From assembly GCA_963777155.1 (NCBI GenBank), contig CAVZPM010000027.1:1-22849 (forward strand): a stretch of 22,849 bases of DNA. The letters are read 5' to 3'. Source of the DNA: Candidatus Bathyarchaeota archaeon (GTDB lineage Archaea > Thermoproteota > Bathyarchaeia > Bathyarchaeales > Bathycorpusculaceae). Below, piece after piece: positions 8,992 to 16,360 of the stretch. Within the stretch, counting starts at the first letter, position 1. The number at the start of each line of letters is the position of its first letter. The translations under genes and the position numbers were made by a program. Below the pieces are notes generated by a model that saw only the letters and a list, made by a program, of their open reading frames with translations, made no database searches and was not told where the DNA came from.

Positions 8992-10330
8992 AGTTTTTAC
9001 CGCTGCTTTTCCATAAACTCCTCCCAGACGCATCATGTGGATCACGTATCCTGGTCGAAGGTAGAATTGCTGGTAGGCTTTGGCGCGGATTTCAGCCAGT
9101 TTCTCCATACTTAACTGAGGAGTTTCAAAGGTTGGTCCAGCTGTGTCGTATTTGTCAAAGTCTGTTATTCGGAGCCAACCGTTCTTTTTAACTTCTTCAT
9201 ACATAGGCGTGCCCGGGTAGGGTGTAGCCACGTAGAAACCCACATCTTCAGGATTCAGTTGTTTAACAAAGCGTATGGTTGCTTTGGCTGTCTCTTCAGT
9301 TTCACCTGGAAAACCCAAGACTACATTAGCAATCGTCATTAACCCGACTTCGTGTGCAGTTTTGTAGGCTAAACGTGTTTGTTCAAGCTTGATTTTCTTG
9401 TTCATCGCGCCAAGAATGGCTTCAGAACCTGATTCTACTCCAAGCCAAACTGCTATGCATCCTGCATCACGCATAGTTTTGAGCAATTCCCGGTCAACCA
9501 TGTCCACGCGGGTACCGCAATCCCATTTCATATTCAGTTTTCTTGTGTGCAGTTCTTCGCAGATTTTCAGCACTCGATTGCGGTCAACCGTGAAAGCGTC
9601 ATCGTAGAATGTTACTTGGTCAATGCCATATTGGTCATGGATGAGTTGCATTTCGTCAACGACGTTTTTGGGGCTTCTCCAACGGTATCCTCTGCCAAAC
9701 ATACGTACAGTGCTGCAGAAGTCGCACCAAAAGACGCAGCCTCTACTGCTGATTAAGGGGAATAAGATTTTTCCGTTGTGTTTTAGGTTTTCAAGGGGCA
9801 ACAGGTGGTGGGCTGGGAAGGGCAGCGAATCTAGGTCTTCTATGAAGGGTCTGTCTGGGTTACGGGCGATATTTGTCTCCGTTTCGGTATGTGATACCTA
9901 AAACTCCGCTTAGGTTGCTTCCGGATTCGAGTTTTTCGAGAAGCTCGATGAAGGTCAATTCGCCTTCTCTTCTTACAACCATGTCTAAGCTTGGATATTC
10001 GTTTAGGGCGTTTTCATCCCAGAAAGTTCCATGTGAACCGCCGAGGATAGTTACTGCTTGGGGTTGAGTTTGTTTGGCTATGTTGATTAGTTTCATGGCG
10101 GATTTGTAAAGCAGGGTTGTCGCAGTTACTCCAATTATGTCGGAGGCTGTTTGGGTGATGCGGCTGCGGAATGTTTCGTCTGTTAGTTTGTCTGCTTGGC
10201 AATCGATTACGGTGACTTTGTGGCCTTTTTGCTCGGCGACAGCGCCTAAATATGCTAAACCAAGCGGAATAAAGGGTGGGTGAGAATGGACGCTTGGCGG
10301 GTAAGGTGGATTGATAAGAGTAATCTTCAA
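8947..10330 (-). CDS. B12-binding-domain radical SAM protein with one apparent frameshift
   Basis: The N-part has PLGLAYLGAV, DIIGVT, ILGGSHGT and VVRREGE (B12-binding domain). After a frameshift at about 9871 it reads RNPDRPFIEDLDSLPFP, SSRGCVFWCDFC (CxxxCxxC), FYDDAF, LGVESGS and TPYPGTP. Confidence 0.9.
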
Positions 10331-10562
10331 TAGTGTTCCCTTTTTTAGTGACTGGTTGTACGTGAAGATGGATTATATAGTTTTCTAAATCAAACCAAAA
10401 ACCCAAAAAACAGTAATTTATGGAGAAAACAGACATTTCAAAAGCAAAATAGTCGTTTATCTGTTTTTTCTTTTTTCTCCTCTCTACAAAGCAATCATAT
10501 GTTGCTTAACAACTATTTATGCGGTCAGTTGCAGAACCCTTTTTGCTTAAAATCGCTTATAG

Positions 10563-10679
10563 TTAGCGTTTGCCTGCAAGCATGTGCCCTTTGTGTTCAA
10601 CCATTCTGTGATTTCTTAGTTCATCGGGATTTCGGAAACTTGATGAGCATATTCGGCATTTAAATTTTTCTGAGCACAA
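10563..10679 (-). CDS. Single C2H2 zinc-finger microprotein (about 38 aa; not in the ORF track)
   Basis: Manual translation gives MCSEKFKCRICSSSFRNPDELRNHRMVEHKGHMLAGKR*, an exact F-x-C-x2-C-x3-F-x5-L-x2-H-x4-H match. The start is uncertain. Confidence 0.75.
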   Translation of the reverse strand: MCSEKFKCRICSSSFRNPDELRNHRMVEHKGHMLAGKR

Positions 10680-10929
10680 ATTTTTCGTAAGTATACATCC
10701 AGAATTGACCTTCTCCTTGATAATTCTTGCAAAACTTATCTTTTACAAGCTCATCAAATATAAGTTCTCAACAGGCTTATAAATACATAACAATTACAGC
10801 GAAAAACAATGGACAATAAACTTGGTAGATATCCGTAATAGCAGGCAATTTTTATAGGCACACTCAAATAGCCACACAGTATTGTAATAACGCAAAACCC
10901 AGCCAAAGAGCCAAGGAGGGACTAAATGC

Positions 10930-11094
10930 TTGAATAAAAAAACCAAACTAAAAGCAAAAGGATCAAAATACTACACAAATACCCACGGAAAAGTTTACCG
11001 CGTAAAACCAAATCCTAAAGCAAACAAACGGAAACTTTTACAGAAACGTCAAAGAAAAATAGATGCCCAACTTGCCCAACTCAAGGTAGCATAG
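10930..11094 (+). CDS. Small, highly basic protein (54 aa; not in the ORF track)
   Basis: A TTG start follows an aaggaggg SD-like site. The protein reads MNKKTKLKAKGSKYYTNTHGKVYRVKPNPKANKRKLLQKRQRKIDAQLAQLKVA* and a T-rich tract follows the stop. Confidence 0.65.
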   Translation: MNKKTKLKAKGSKYYTNTHGKVYRVKPNPKANKRKLLQKRQRKIDAQLAQLKVA

Positions 11095-11178
11095 TTTTTC
11101 TTCTCATCATCTCATAATCTGTCTAAAACAGAATTTCTTTACTCTGTCTTATTGTTAAGCGATTAATATTTGTGAAAA

Positions 11179-11421
11179 TCAAACTATCCCATTTGGATGT
11201 TTCTCCATCCAATCCACGGCGAAGGATTCAGCCCTAGGTTGGCTCGAATAGTCAGGAGAAATCGGTTTGCCTTCCTCTTTATCGGTTTGTTTTCCCGCGA
11301 ATAGAAGGACTTGGAAGTTCTTACTGAATTCTTTCTTTGAAACAATCAAAGTCTGCCCTGAATTTTCGTTAATATAGCCACCTTGGTTGCTTATCTTTTT
11401 CCAGCCTTTGACTAACTTCAT
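11179..11421 (-). CDS. Hypothetical protein (80 aa)
   Basis: Clean ATG ORF with a purine-rich upstream stretch (aaggaaaaagaaaag) and globular composition (W...Y.N...A..FA..WM.KHP). Confidence 0.7.
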   Translation of the reverse strand: MKLVKGWKKISNQGGYINENSGQTLIVSKKEFSKNFQVLLFAGKQTDKEEGKPISPDYSSQPRAESFAVDWMEKHPNGIV

Positions 11422-11470
11422 CTTTTCTTTTTCCTTAGGCAGCTAAATGTGGAAGCTGTCGCACCGTGAT

Positions 11471-11668
11471 TTATCGTCGTCTCGCCCACGCCTGTTTGGG
11501 CTCAAAATTGCTGTTTGCAGTCGTTCTTACGGGTTGATTGTTTAAGTGTTTGGAAAAACATGTTTTACAGTAGACGGGTTTACCCGGGGTAGGCTTGAAT
11601 GGTACTGTTGTTGCTTGATTGCATTCCGTACATTTTGCTTCATATTGAGTTCTTTGGATTTTTTTCAC
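11471..11668 (-). CDS. CxxC-x17-CxxC domain zinc-ribbon protein
   Basis: YEAKCTECNQATTVPFKPTPGKPVYCKTCF matches the family consensus closely. Confidence 0.85.
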   Translation of the reverse strand: MKKIQRTQYEAKCTECNQATTVPFKPTPGKPVYCKTCFSKHLNNQPVRTTANSNFEPKQAWARRR

Positions 11669-11712
11669 CTCATTTCATTAAACAGTAAAACAAGGAGATG
11701 CGGCAAGGAAGC

Positions 11713-11850
11713 TTAAGCTGTTTTTCCTTCTCTCTTCTTGTTGTCTGCAAATACTTTTTGCCTTACTTTCTTTTTAATGGTGCAGTTTAGCCGCACAGAA
11801 GACTTGCATCTTCGGCAATTTTTAACTAGACCTGCTCGTAACATACACAA
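11713..11850 (-). CDS. Small basic Cys-containing protein (45 aa; not in the ORF track)
   Basis: A gaggt SD-like site lies 8 nt upstream of TTG 11850. The protein reads MCMLRAGLVKNCRRCKSSVRLNCTIKKKVRQKVFADNKKREGKTA* and is co-oriented just upstream of the CxxC-x17-CxxC gene. Confidence 0.5.
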   Translation of the reverse strand: MCMLRAGLVKNCRRCKSSVRLNCTIKKKVRQKVFADNKKREGKTA

Positions 11851-12228
11851 AGCTATTTACCTCTATTCATACTTTTGAAAAGAATCTGTTATTCGATAGG
11901 TAAATCCCAGAGGATAAAAGAGACTCTTCAGCAATGGAGTAATGTTGGCTCCTTATAAAGGAATGGATAGAAAAAATCGTTTTTTACCAAAAGGGAAATA
12001 ATTTTGCGAGATTTAAAAAAAATAAACCCTAAAACAAAACATTATGCAAAAACCGCTAAAAAATATGGGAAAAATAGAAAAAAGGCTAGACTACTCTAAT
12101 ATAGCCCAAGTGCCCTATTTGAATGAAGTTAGAATTCTTTAGAGGAAGAGACAGGACCACCAACGACGTTTTGCTTTTTTCTCAAATGATTCTGATAATT
12201 TTGGCGTAAGCCAATTAAGGTGTTAGAA

Positions 12229-12537
12229 ATGGGTAAACGAAAAGTTACAAACGAGGGCAACCTCGATAGTATGGTTCTACCTTCCAAAAACGACGTATTA
12301 GGCGTAGCCATAAAAATGCTTGGAGGAGACCGAATCATGGTCAAATGCCAAGATGGTAAAGAACGATTATGCAGGATCCGGGGAAAACTAAAAAGACGGG
12401 TTTGGATACGCGAAGGCGACATTGTTTTAGTGTCTCCATGGGATTTCGAAACTGATTCAAAAGGAGATATTTTCTGGCGTTACCGCAAAAACCAATCCGA
12501 CTGGCTTAGAAGCCACAACTACCTAAAAATGGAATAG
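12229..12537 (+). CDS. eif1a: Translation initiation factor aIF-1A
   Basis: Contains MLGGDRIMVKCQDGKERLCRIRGKLKRRVWIREGDIVLVSPWDF...KGDIFWRY. The likely start is ATG 12229. Confidence 0.96.
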   Translation: MGKRKVTNEGNLDSMVLPSKNDVLGVAIKMLGGDRIMVKCQDGKERLCRIRGKLKRRVWIREGDIVLVSPWDFETDSKGDIFWRYRKNQSDWLRSHNYLKME

Positions 12538-12542
12538 GAGAC

Positions 12543-12721
12543 TTGAGTCTATTATCCTAAAATGTAAAGAATGCGGAAATACTTTCCACCGTGAAGGTCT
12601 CAAAGACGGCGAGATTGTAGCTTGCCCCATATGCGAAGCCGACTATGTTGTTGTAGTTAAAGACGGAAAAATCTCTATCGAAGACTACGTTTATGAAACT
12701 AAAGACTTAGGCGAACTCTAA
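12543..12721 (+). CDS. LysW/ArgW-like zinc-binding carrier protein (not in the ORF track)
   Basis: Reads ILKCKECGNTFHREGLKDGEIVACPICEADYVVVVKDGKISIEDYVYETKDLGEL*, with two CxxC pairs, a GEIVxCP motif and an acidic DxGE tail. A ggag site precedes TTG 12543, which needs one extra base to be in frame. Confidence 0.7.
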
Positions 12722-12763
12722 AATCGCCAACTCTAAACTATTTCTTCTTTTTAAGGGAAAAAA

Positions 12764-13033
12764 TTAAGGATTTAATTTAACAATTGTTCCGATAGCTTGG
12801 CCTGGAACACCATGAACAAACCTGGCTCTTACCATGCCGTTTTTGCCGTGGGCACCCATGATTTTTCCAGACATCGTTTTGGTGTCATTTTTCCAGGTTA
12901 CCTTTTTTCCCACCAGTTTGCAAGCGAGACCAACAGAATTGATACCTGTGAATTCGATTAAGCATTCTCTTGATGTCTGTGATTTAGGTCCTGTTCGGTA
13001 ATTTGTTATTCTTCCGTTAACTTTTTGTGACAA
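12764..13033 (-). CDS. rpl35ae: 50S ribosomal protein L35Ae
   Basis: Contains GRITNYRTGPKSQ...LIEF...LVGKKVTW...GKIMGAHGKNGMVRARF..GVPGQAIG. Confidence 0.95.
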   Translation of the reverse strand: MSQKVNGRITNYRTGPKSQTSRECLIEFTGINSVGLACKLVGKKVTWKNDTKTMSGKIMGAHGKNGMVRARFVHGVPGQAIGTIVKLNP

Positions 13034-13134
13034 AATTATTCACCGTTTAAGCTCCTTTTAAGAGGGTCCGCTAGCTTTTAAAGATGCCCCATAAACAAAT
13101 AAGAAACAAAAAAATAGCAAAAAACTTCAATGCA

Positions 13135-13167
13135 AGATAAAGAAAAACTAAAAAGAAGAAAAGGAAA
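13135..13167 (-). terminator. Oligo-T terminator downstream of the 13168..14070 gene
   Basis: A long A-rich tract on the plus strand (T-rich on minus) lies immediately after the stop. Confidence 0.45.
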
Positions 13168-14070
13168 CTATTTGTAGAGTTTTTCCCAGCGGTTAAAGAG
13201 TTCTAGAACTTCGTCGCCGTTATGATCTTTGAGGAACTCGCGTGTTTCTTTGTCAGCAACTGCTTCTTTCTGGAACTTTTGGATGTATTCGGCTTTCTCA
13301 GCTAGGAAAATGATGCCATCTACGCCTTGTCTTGCAACACGGGTTGCGACAGTCATGATTTGTTTTGTAGTTGCAACGGTGTCCCATGTTTCGTTTGGAC
13401 CACGGACATAGAAGTTTACCATAACCGGCTTCTTTAGGAAGCTCTTGTAGCCTCTTGCGATGGTTTCCCAGTACCAGGGCGTTGGGTAAGACTTGCTGAA
13501 CATTGGGATGACGAAGTAGTCAGCGTATTGTGCCATTGCTTCAAAGTCATAGCCGAAGCGTACTTTACCCATCAACGGGTCTGGGAGACAGTTAACGAAG
13601 AGTGGCTTACCAGAAACGACTTCTTTAACTTCGGCAAGAAACTCAGTTACTACTTTTGCTCGCCAATCAACCCAGCTTAAGCCGCTTTTGCTTTGTTGTT
13701 CAATGCATCTTGGGCAAGTGCAGAAACCCTGATCTGCAAAGTGTTGGCTGCTGATGCTGATGCCTGGAGTTTGTTTGGCACTTTCAGCGATGATTTTCAA
13801 GTTATATTCTCTGGCTTCTGGGTTAGTCATGCATACAACGTCCCAGCGGAGGTTGTAGCGTTTGTTTGTGCGGAGCGCTGGACCAAATGAGCTTACGGAC
13901 ACCCAGTCTGGGCGTTTTGCAGCCATGTTATTGTCGCCGAAGACTGCGATGTTTGTATACATCTTTGGGTTTACTTTTCCAACGATTCCAGATTCGGATT
14001 TTTGACGATAGAAGTTGTAATCGACACCTTCAACAGGTTCGGGTTGATAGAGAAATACGCCGAATTTCAA
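13168..14070 (-). CDS. Uncharacterised glycoside-hydrolase-like TIM-barrel protein with a C + CxCxxC metal site (paralog A)
   Basis: Contains VVCMTNP, HFADQGFCTCPRC, WVDWRAKVVTEF, PDP...RFGYD and ADYFVIPMFS, and aligns by eye over its full length with 15476..16360. Confidence 0.75.
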   Translation of the reverse strand: MKFGVFLYQPEPVEGVDYNFYRQKSESGIVGKVNPKMYTNIAVFGDNNMAAKRPDWVSVSSFGPALRTNKRYNLRWDVVCMTNPEAREYNLKIIAESAKQTPGISISSQHFADQGFCTCPRCIEQQSKSGLSWVDWRAKVVTEFLAEVKEVVSGKPLFVNCLPDPLMGKVRFGYDFEAMAQYADYFVIPMFSKSYPTPWYWETIARGYKSFLKKPVMVNFYVRGPNETWDTVATTKQIMTVATRVARQGVDGIIFLAEKAEYIQKFQKEAVADKETREFLKDHNGDEVLELFNRWEKLYK

Positions 14071-14139
14071 GTTTAATACACCATTTTATCTGTTGTTTTT
14101 ATTACGGAATAAAATTGCATGTTATTTAAGTCTTTTCAG

Positions 14140-15177
14140 TTAACGCATAGACTGTGCTTTCTTGACAATTTTGATTAAAGCATGCTTAACAAAAGGCGGC
14201 AGGTCAACTTCAGGGTAATCTATCTGTTTTAGGCAATCATGCTTAGAAGCAAAGAACTCGCCAAAGCATTTACTTTCTTCTTCCCAGCCTGTAAAGTCGA
14301 TTGGCAGCAGGTTTTTCTTGTAATCGTCATCCATTTTTGCCGCAGCTAGCAAATAGGCTCCTGAATGTGGGTTGTTCTTGAGAATCTCTGCTAAATCTTG
14401 TGCCTTGATAGCTAAACCATCAACTTTGGATACTTCAACAGCAAGCTTCTCAAGTCCTATGTGTCTCTCCTTGAGCCTATCCAAAACTGTGCGGCAACCC
14501 CAGAATGGCTCCTGCTTAAGTAAGGCCTCAGAAACGGCCTTCCTCACACAATACCCTACCAATTTACCTAGTTTTGAGGGTGGGCCTCCCAAAGTTAACA
14601 TTTTACCCTTGCATGTTGAGGCTACCGTAACACTGTCAGTTATCGAGCCAGTTGCGGAGTCACCTGTGTAACGGCTACGAACGTCAAAATCCCTCAACAC
14701 AGCCGACTTGGCTTCAGTTGCAGTAATTAATGTTGCCACCATACAGGATTCTGACGGGTTACCATCGATAAACACAATGATGTTTATAGTCCCTGCGATT
14801 TCTTGAACATCCATCTCTTCACCCGAGGATTCGCCATGTTGGCAACCCGCCGTTGCCATTACGCTAACTGAAAAACCCTGGGCGTTCTTTGTAAATAAGC
14901 TGTAGTTTTTGATTTTGGCGGCGGTTACCATAGCAAGATAATTCTTAGTTAACCCAACCTTTGCCGCCGATGAAGTGATTAGTTCGAGCGGGTCAAGGTG
15001 CAAGGAGAGGTCACTGTATCCTTCCGGCACTCCTACATTGAGGACAGCTATAACCTGATTGACCCCGCCATTATAGAATGCTGAACTAACTGTCTTTAAA
15101 GTACTATCACAAAAAACGGCTAGTACATTTTCTTTAACAATAAGTTTAACATTGTCTGCAAGGCCAATTTGCTCCAA
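14140..15177 (-). CDS. cbiZ: Adenosylcobinamide amidohydrolase CbiZ with a C-terminal CobZ/PgpA-like extension
   Basis: The motifs VSSAFYNGG, AMVTAA, ATAG, GTINIIV, LITATEAK and ATGSITDSV are CbiZ hallmarks. About 115 extra residues follow at the C-terminus. Confidence 0.88.
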   Translation of the reverse strand: MEQIGLADNVKLIVKENVLAVFCDSTLKTVSSAFYNGGVNQVIAVLNVGVPEGYSDLSLHLDPLELITSSAAKVGLTKNYLAMVTAAKIKNYSLFTKNAQGFSVSVMATAGCQHGESSGEEMDVQEIAGTINIIVFIDGNPSESCMVATLITATEAKSAVLRDFDVRSRYTGDSATGSITDSVTVASTCKGKMLTLGGPPSKLGKLVGYCVRKAVSEALLKQEPFWGCRTVLDRLKERHIGLEKLAVEVSKVDGLAIKAQDLAEILKNNPHSGAYLLAAAKMDDDYKKNLLPIDFTGWEEESKCFGEFFASKHDCLKQIDYPEVDLPPFVKHALIKIVKKAQSMR

Positions 15178-15198
15178 ACTTTCTCAAGGTCCCCAAGC

Positions 15199-15417
15199 CT
15201 ATTTTTTGGGGTTGGTAACATTTATAGTGATAGCTTTGCTTGGGCACAGGTTCACGCAGACGCCACATTTTGTACATTGAACAAGTGCGATAACTTGGGG
15301 TTTTCTGTTCCTGCCCTCTTCCAACGCGCCTTCTGGACAAACACCAATACAGATTTGCCCTGTACAGGGACCGCATTTAGCTGTGTCGATCGTAATTGGA
15401 GATTTATGCTTGTCCAT
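15199..15417 (-). CDS. 2x[4Fe-4S] dicluster ferredoxin
   Basis: Contains CGPCTGQICIGVCP and CTKCGVCVNLCP. The likely start is ATG 15417. Confidence 0.88.
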   Translation of the reverse strand: MDKHKSPITIDTAKCGPCTGQICIGVCPEGALEEGRNRKPQVIALVQCTKCGVCVNLCPSKAITINVTNPKK

Positions 15418-15420
15418 TTG

Positions 15421-15470
15421 AATCAACAATTAAATAAGCGCCAACAATATATCTGTTGCGAGCAAGGAAT
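15421..15470. promoter_or_regulatory. Compact divergent promoter with a palindrome
   Basis: Only 58 nt separate the divergent ATGs. TATA-like ttaaata (15430-15436) and aatatat (15446-15452) are present, with the inverted repeat caaca-N7-tgttg at 15442-15458. Confidence 0.5.
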
Positions 15471-15475
15471 TGGGC

Positions 15476-16360
15476 ATGAAAATAGGCTTAGTCACATATA
15501 AACCCGAATTTGTCGAGGGCTTTGACCTTCACGTTTACTATTCTAAATGGGTGGACGGACAAGTTTTTCCAGGTGCGAAGGGTATGCAAAATGACGTAAC
15601 AGTTTTTTGTGATGCCAAAGCAATCCGTGAAGACCCCAGCATTGTTGCCCTCTCAAAAACTGGTCCAGCATTGCGGCGCAATAGAAGAAGCCATTTTGTC
15701 TTTGACTATGTTTGTCCGACGCACCCAAATTACCGAGCTAAAGTCATGGATTACATCGAGGGATTGAGTAAAGAGAATATTCTTGGTGTAACGCTTAATC
15801 TCTATCATTTTCCAGATCAAGACTTCTGTGTGTGCCCAAGGTGTATGGAGAAATGGAAGCAGAGTGGCTTAAGCTGGACTCAATGGCGAGCTCATACTAT
15901 CACAGAGTTGCTCAGGGAAGCTAAAGCGAAGGTAAAAGGAACGTTTGCAGTTGAAATTTATCCTGATCCAGTTTTGGCTAAAGAGCGGTTTGGGATAGAT
16001 CTTGAGGCTGTTGGGAAGCTGGTGGATTATTTCCATGTGCCTCTTTCATCACGTGATTATTTGACAAGCTACTGGGTAGATATAATAACTCGAGATTTTG
16101 TTGCCACGCTCAAGAAACCGGTTATGGTCGAGTTAAGTGCAGAAATGCCAACGGATGAAAAACTCGATGCTCTCTTCAGAACAGTGGCTTACATTTCTCG
16201 TCACAACTTGGACGCTGTGCTTCTTTTGGTGCATGATTCAGAAAACGCACGGCAGGTCGCAAAGTTTGTTGTCCAAAACACTGACTTACGAGAATGGTTT
16301 GCTAAGTATGAGTTTAATGAAATGAGCAGAATTGTGGACAATTGGGCTAAGATTTACTGA
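15476..16360 (+). CDS. Uncharacterised glycoside-hydrolase-like TIM-barrel protein with a C + CxCxxC metal site (paralog B)
   Basis: Contains YVCPTHP, HFPDQDFCVCPRC, WTQWRAHTITEL, YPDP...RFGID and VDYFHVPLSS. It is a paralog of 13168..14070. Confidence 0.75.
   Translation: MKIGLVTYKPEFVEGFDLHVYYSKWVDGQVFPGAKGMQNDVTVFCDAKAIREDPSIVALSKTGPALRRNRRSHFVFDYVCPTHPNYRAKVMDYIEGLSKENILGVTLNLYHFPDQDFCVCPRCMEKWKQSGLSWTQWRAHTITELLREAKAKVKGTFAVEIYPDPVLAKERFGIDLEAVGKLVDYFHVPLSSRDYLTSYWVDIITRDFVATLKKPVMVELSAEMPTDEKLDALFRTVAYISRHNLDAVLLLVHDSENARQVAKFVVQNTDLREWFAKYEFNEMSRIVDNWAKIY

Noticed and set aside
11931-11955. gcaatggagt...ctcc resembling the start of a fluoride riboswitch
   Set aside because: The spacing is too short, the remaining conserved elements are missing, and no fluoride-related gene is adjacent.
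12129-12422. 97-aa minus-strand ORF
   Set aside because: It is an antisense shadow of aIF-1A.
15418-15475. Possible cobalamin riboswitch upstream of ferredoxin-cbiZ
   Set aside because: Only 58 nt are available and no B12-box-like sequence is visible.
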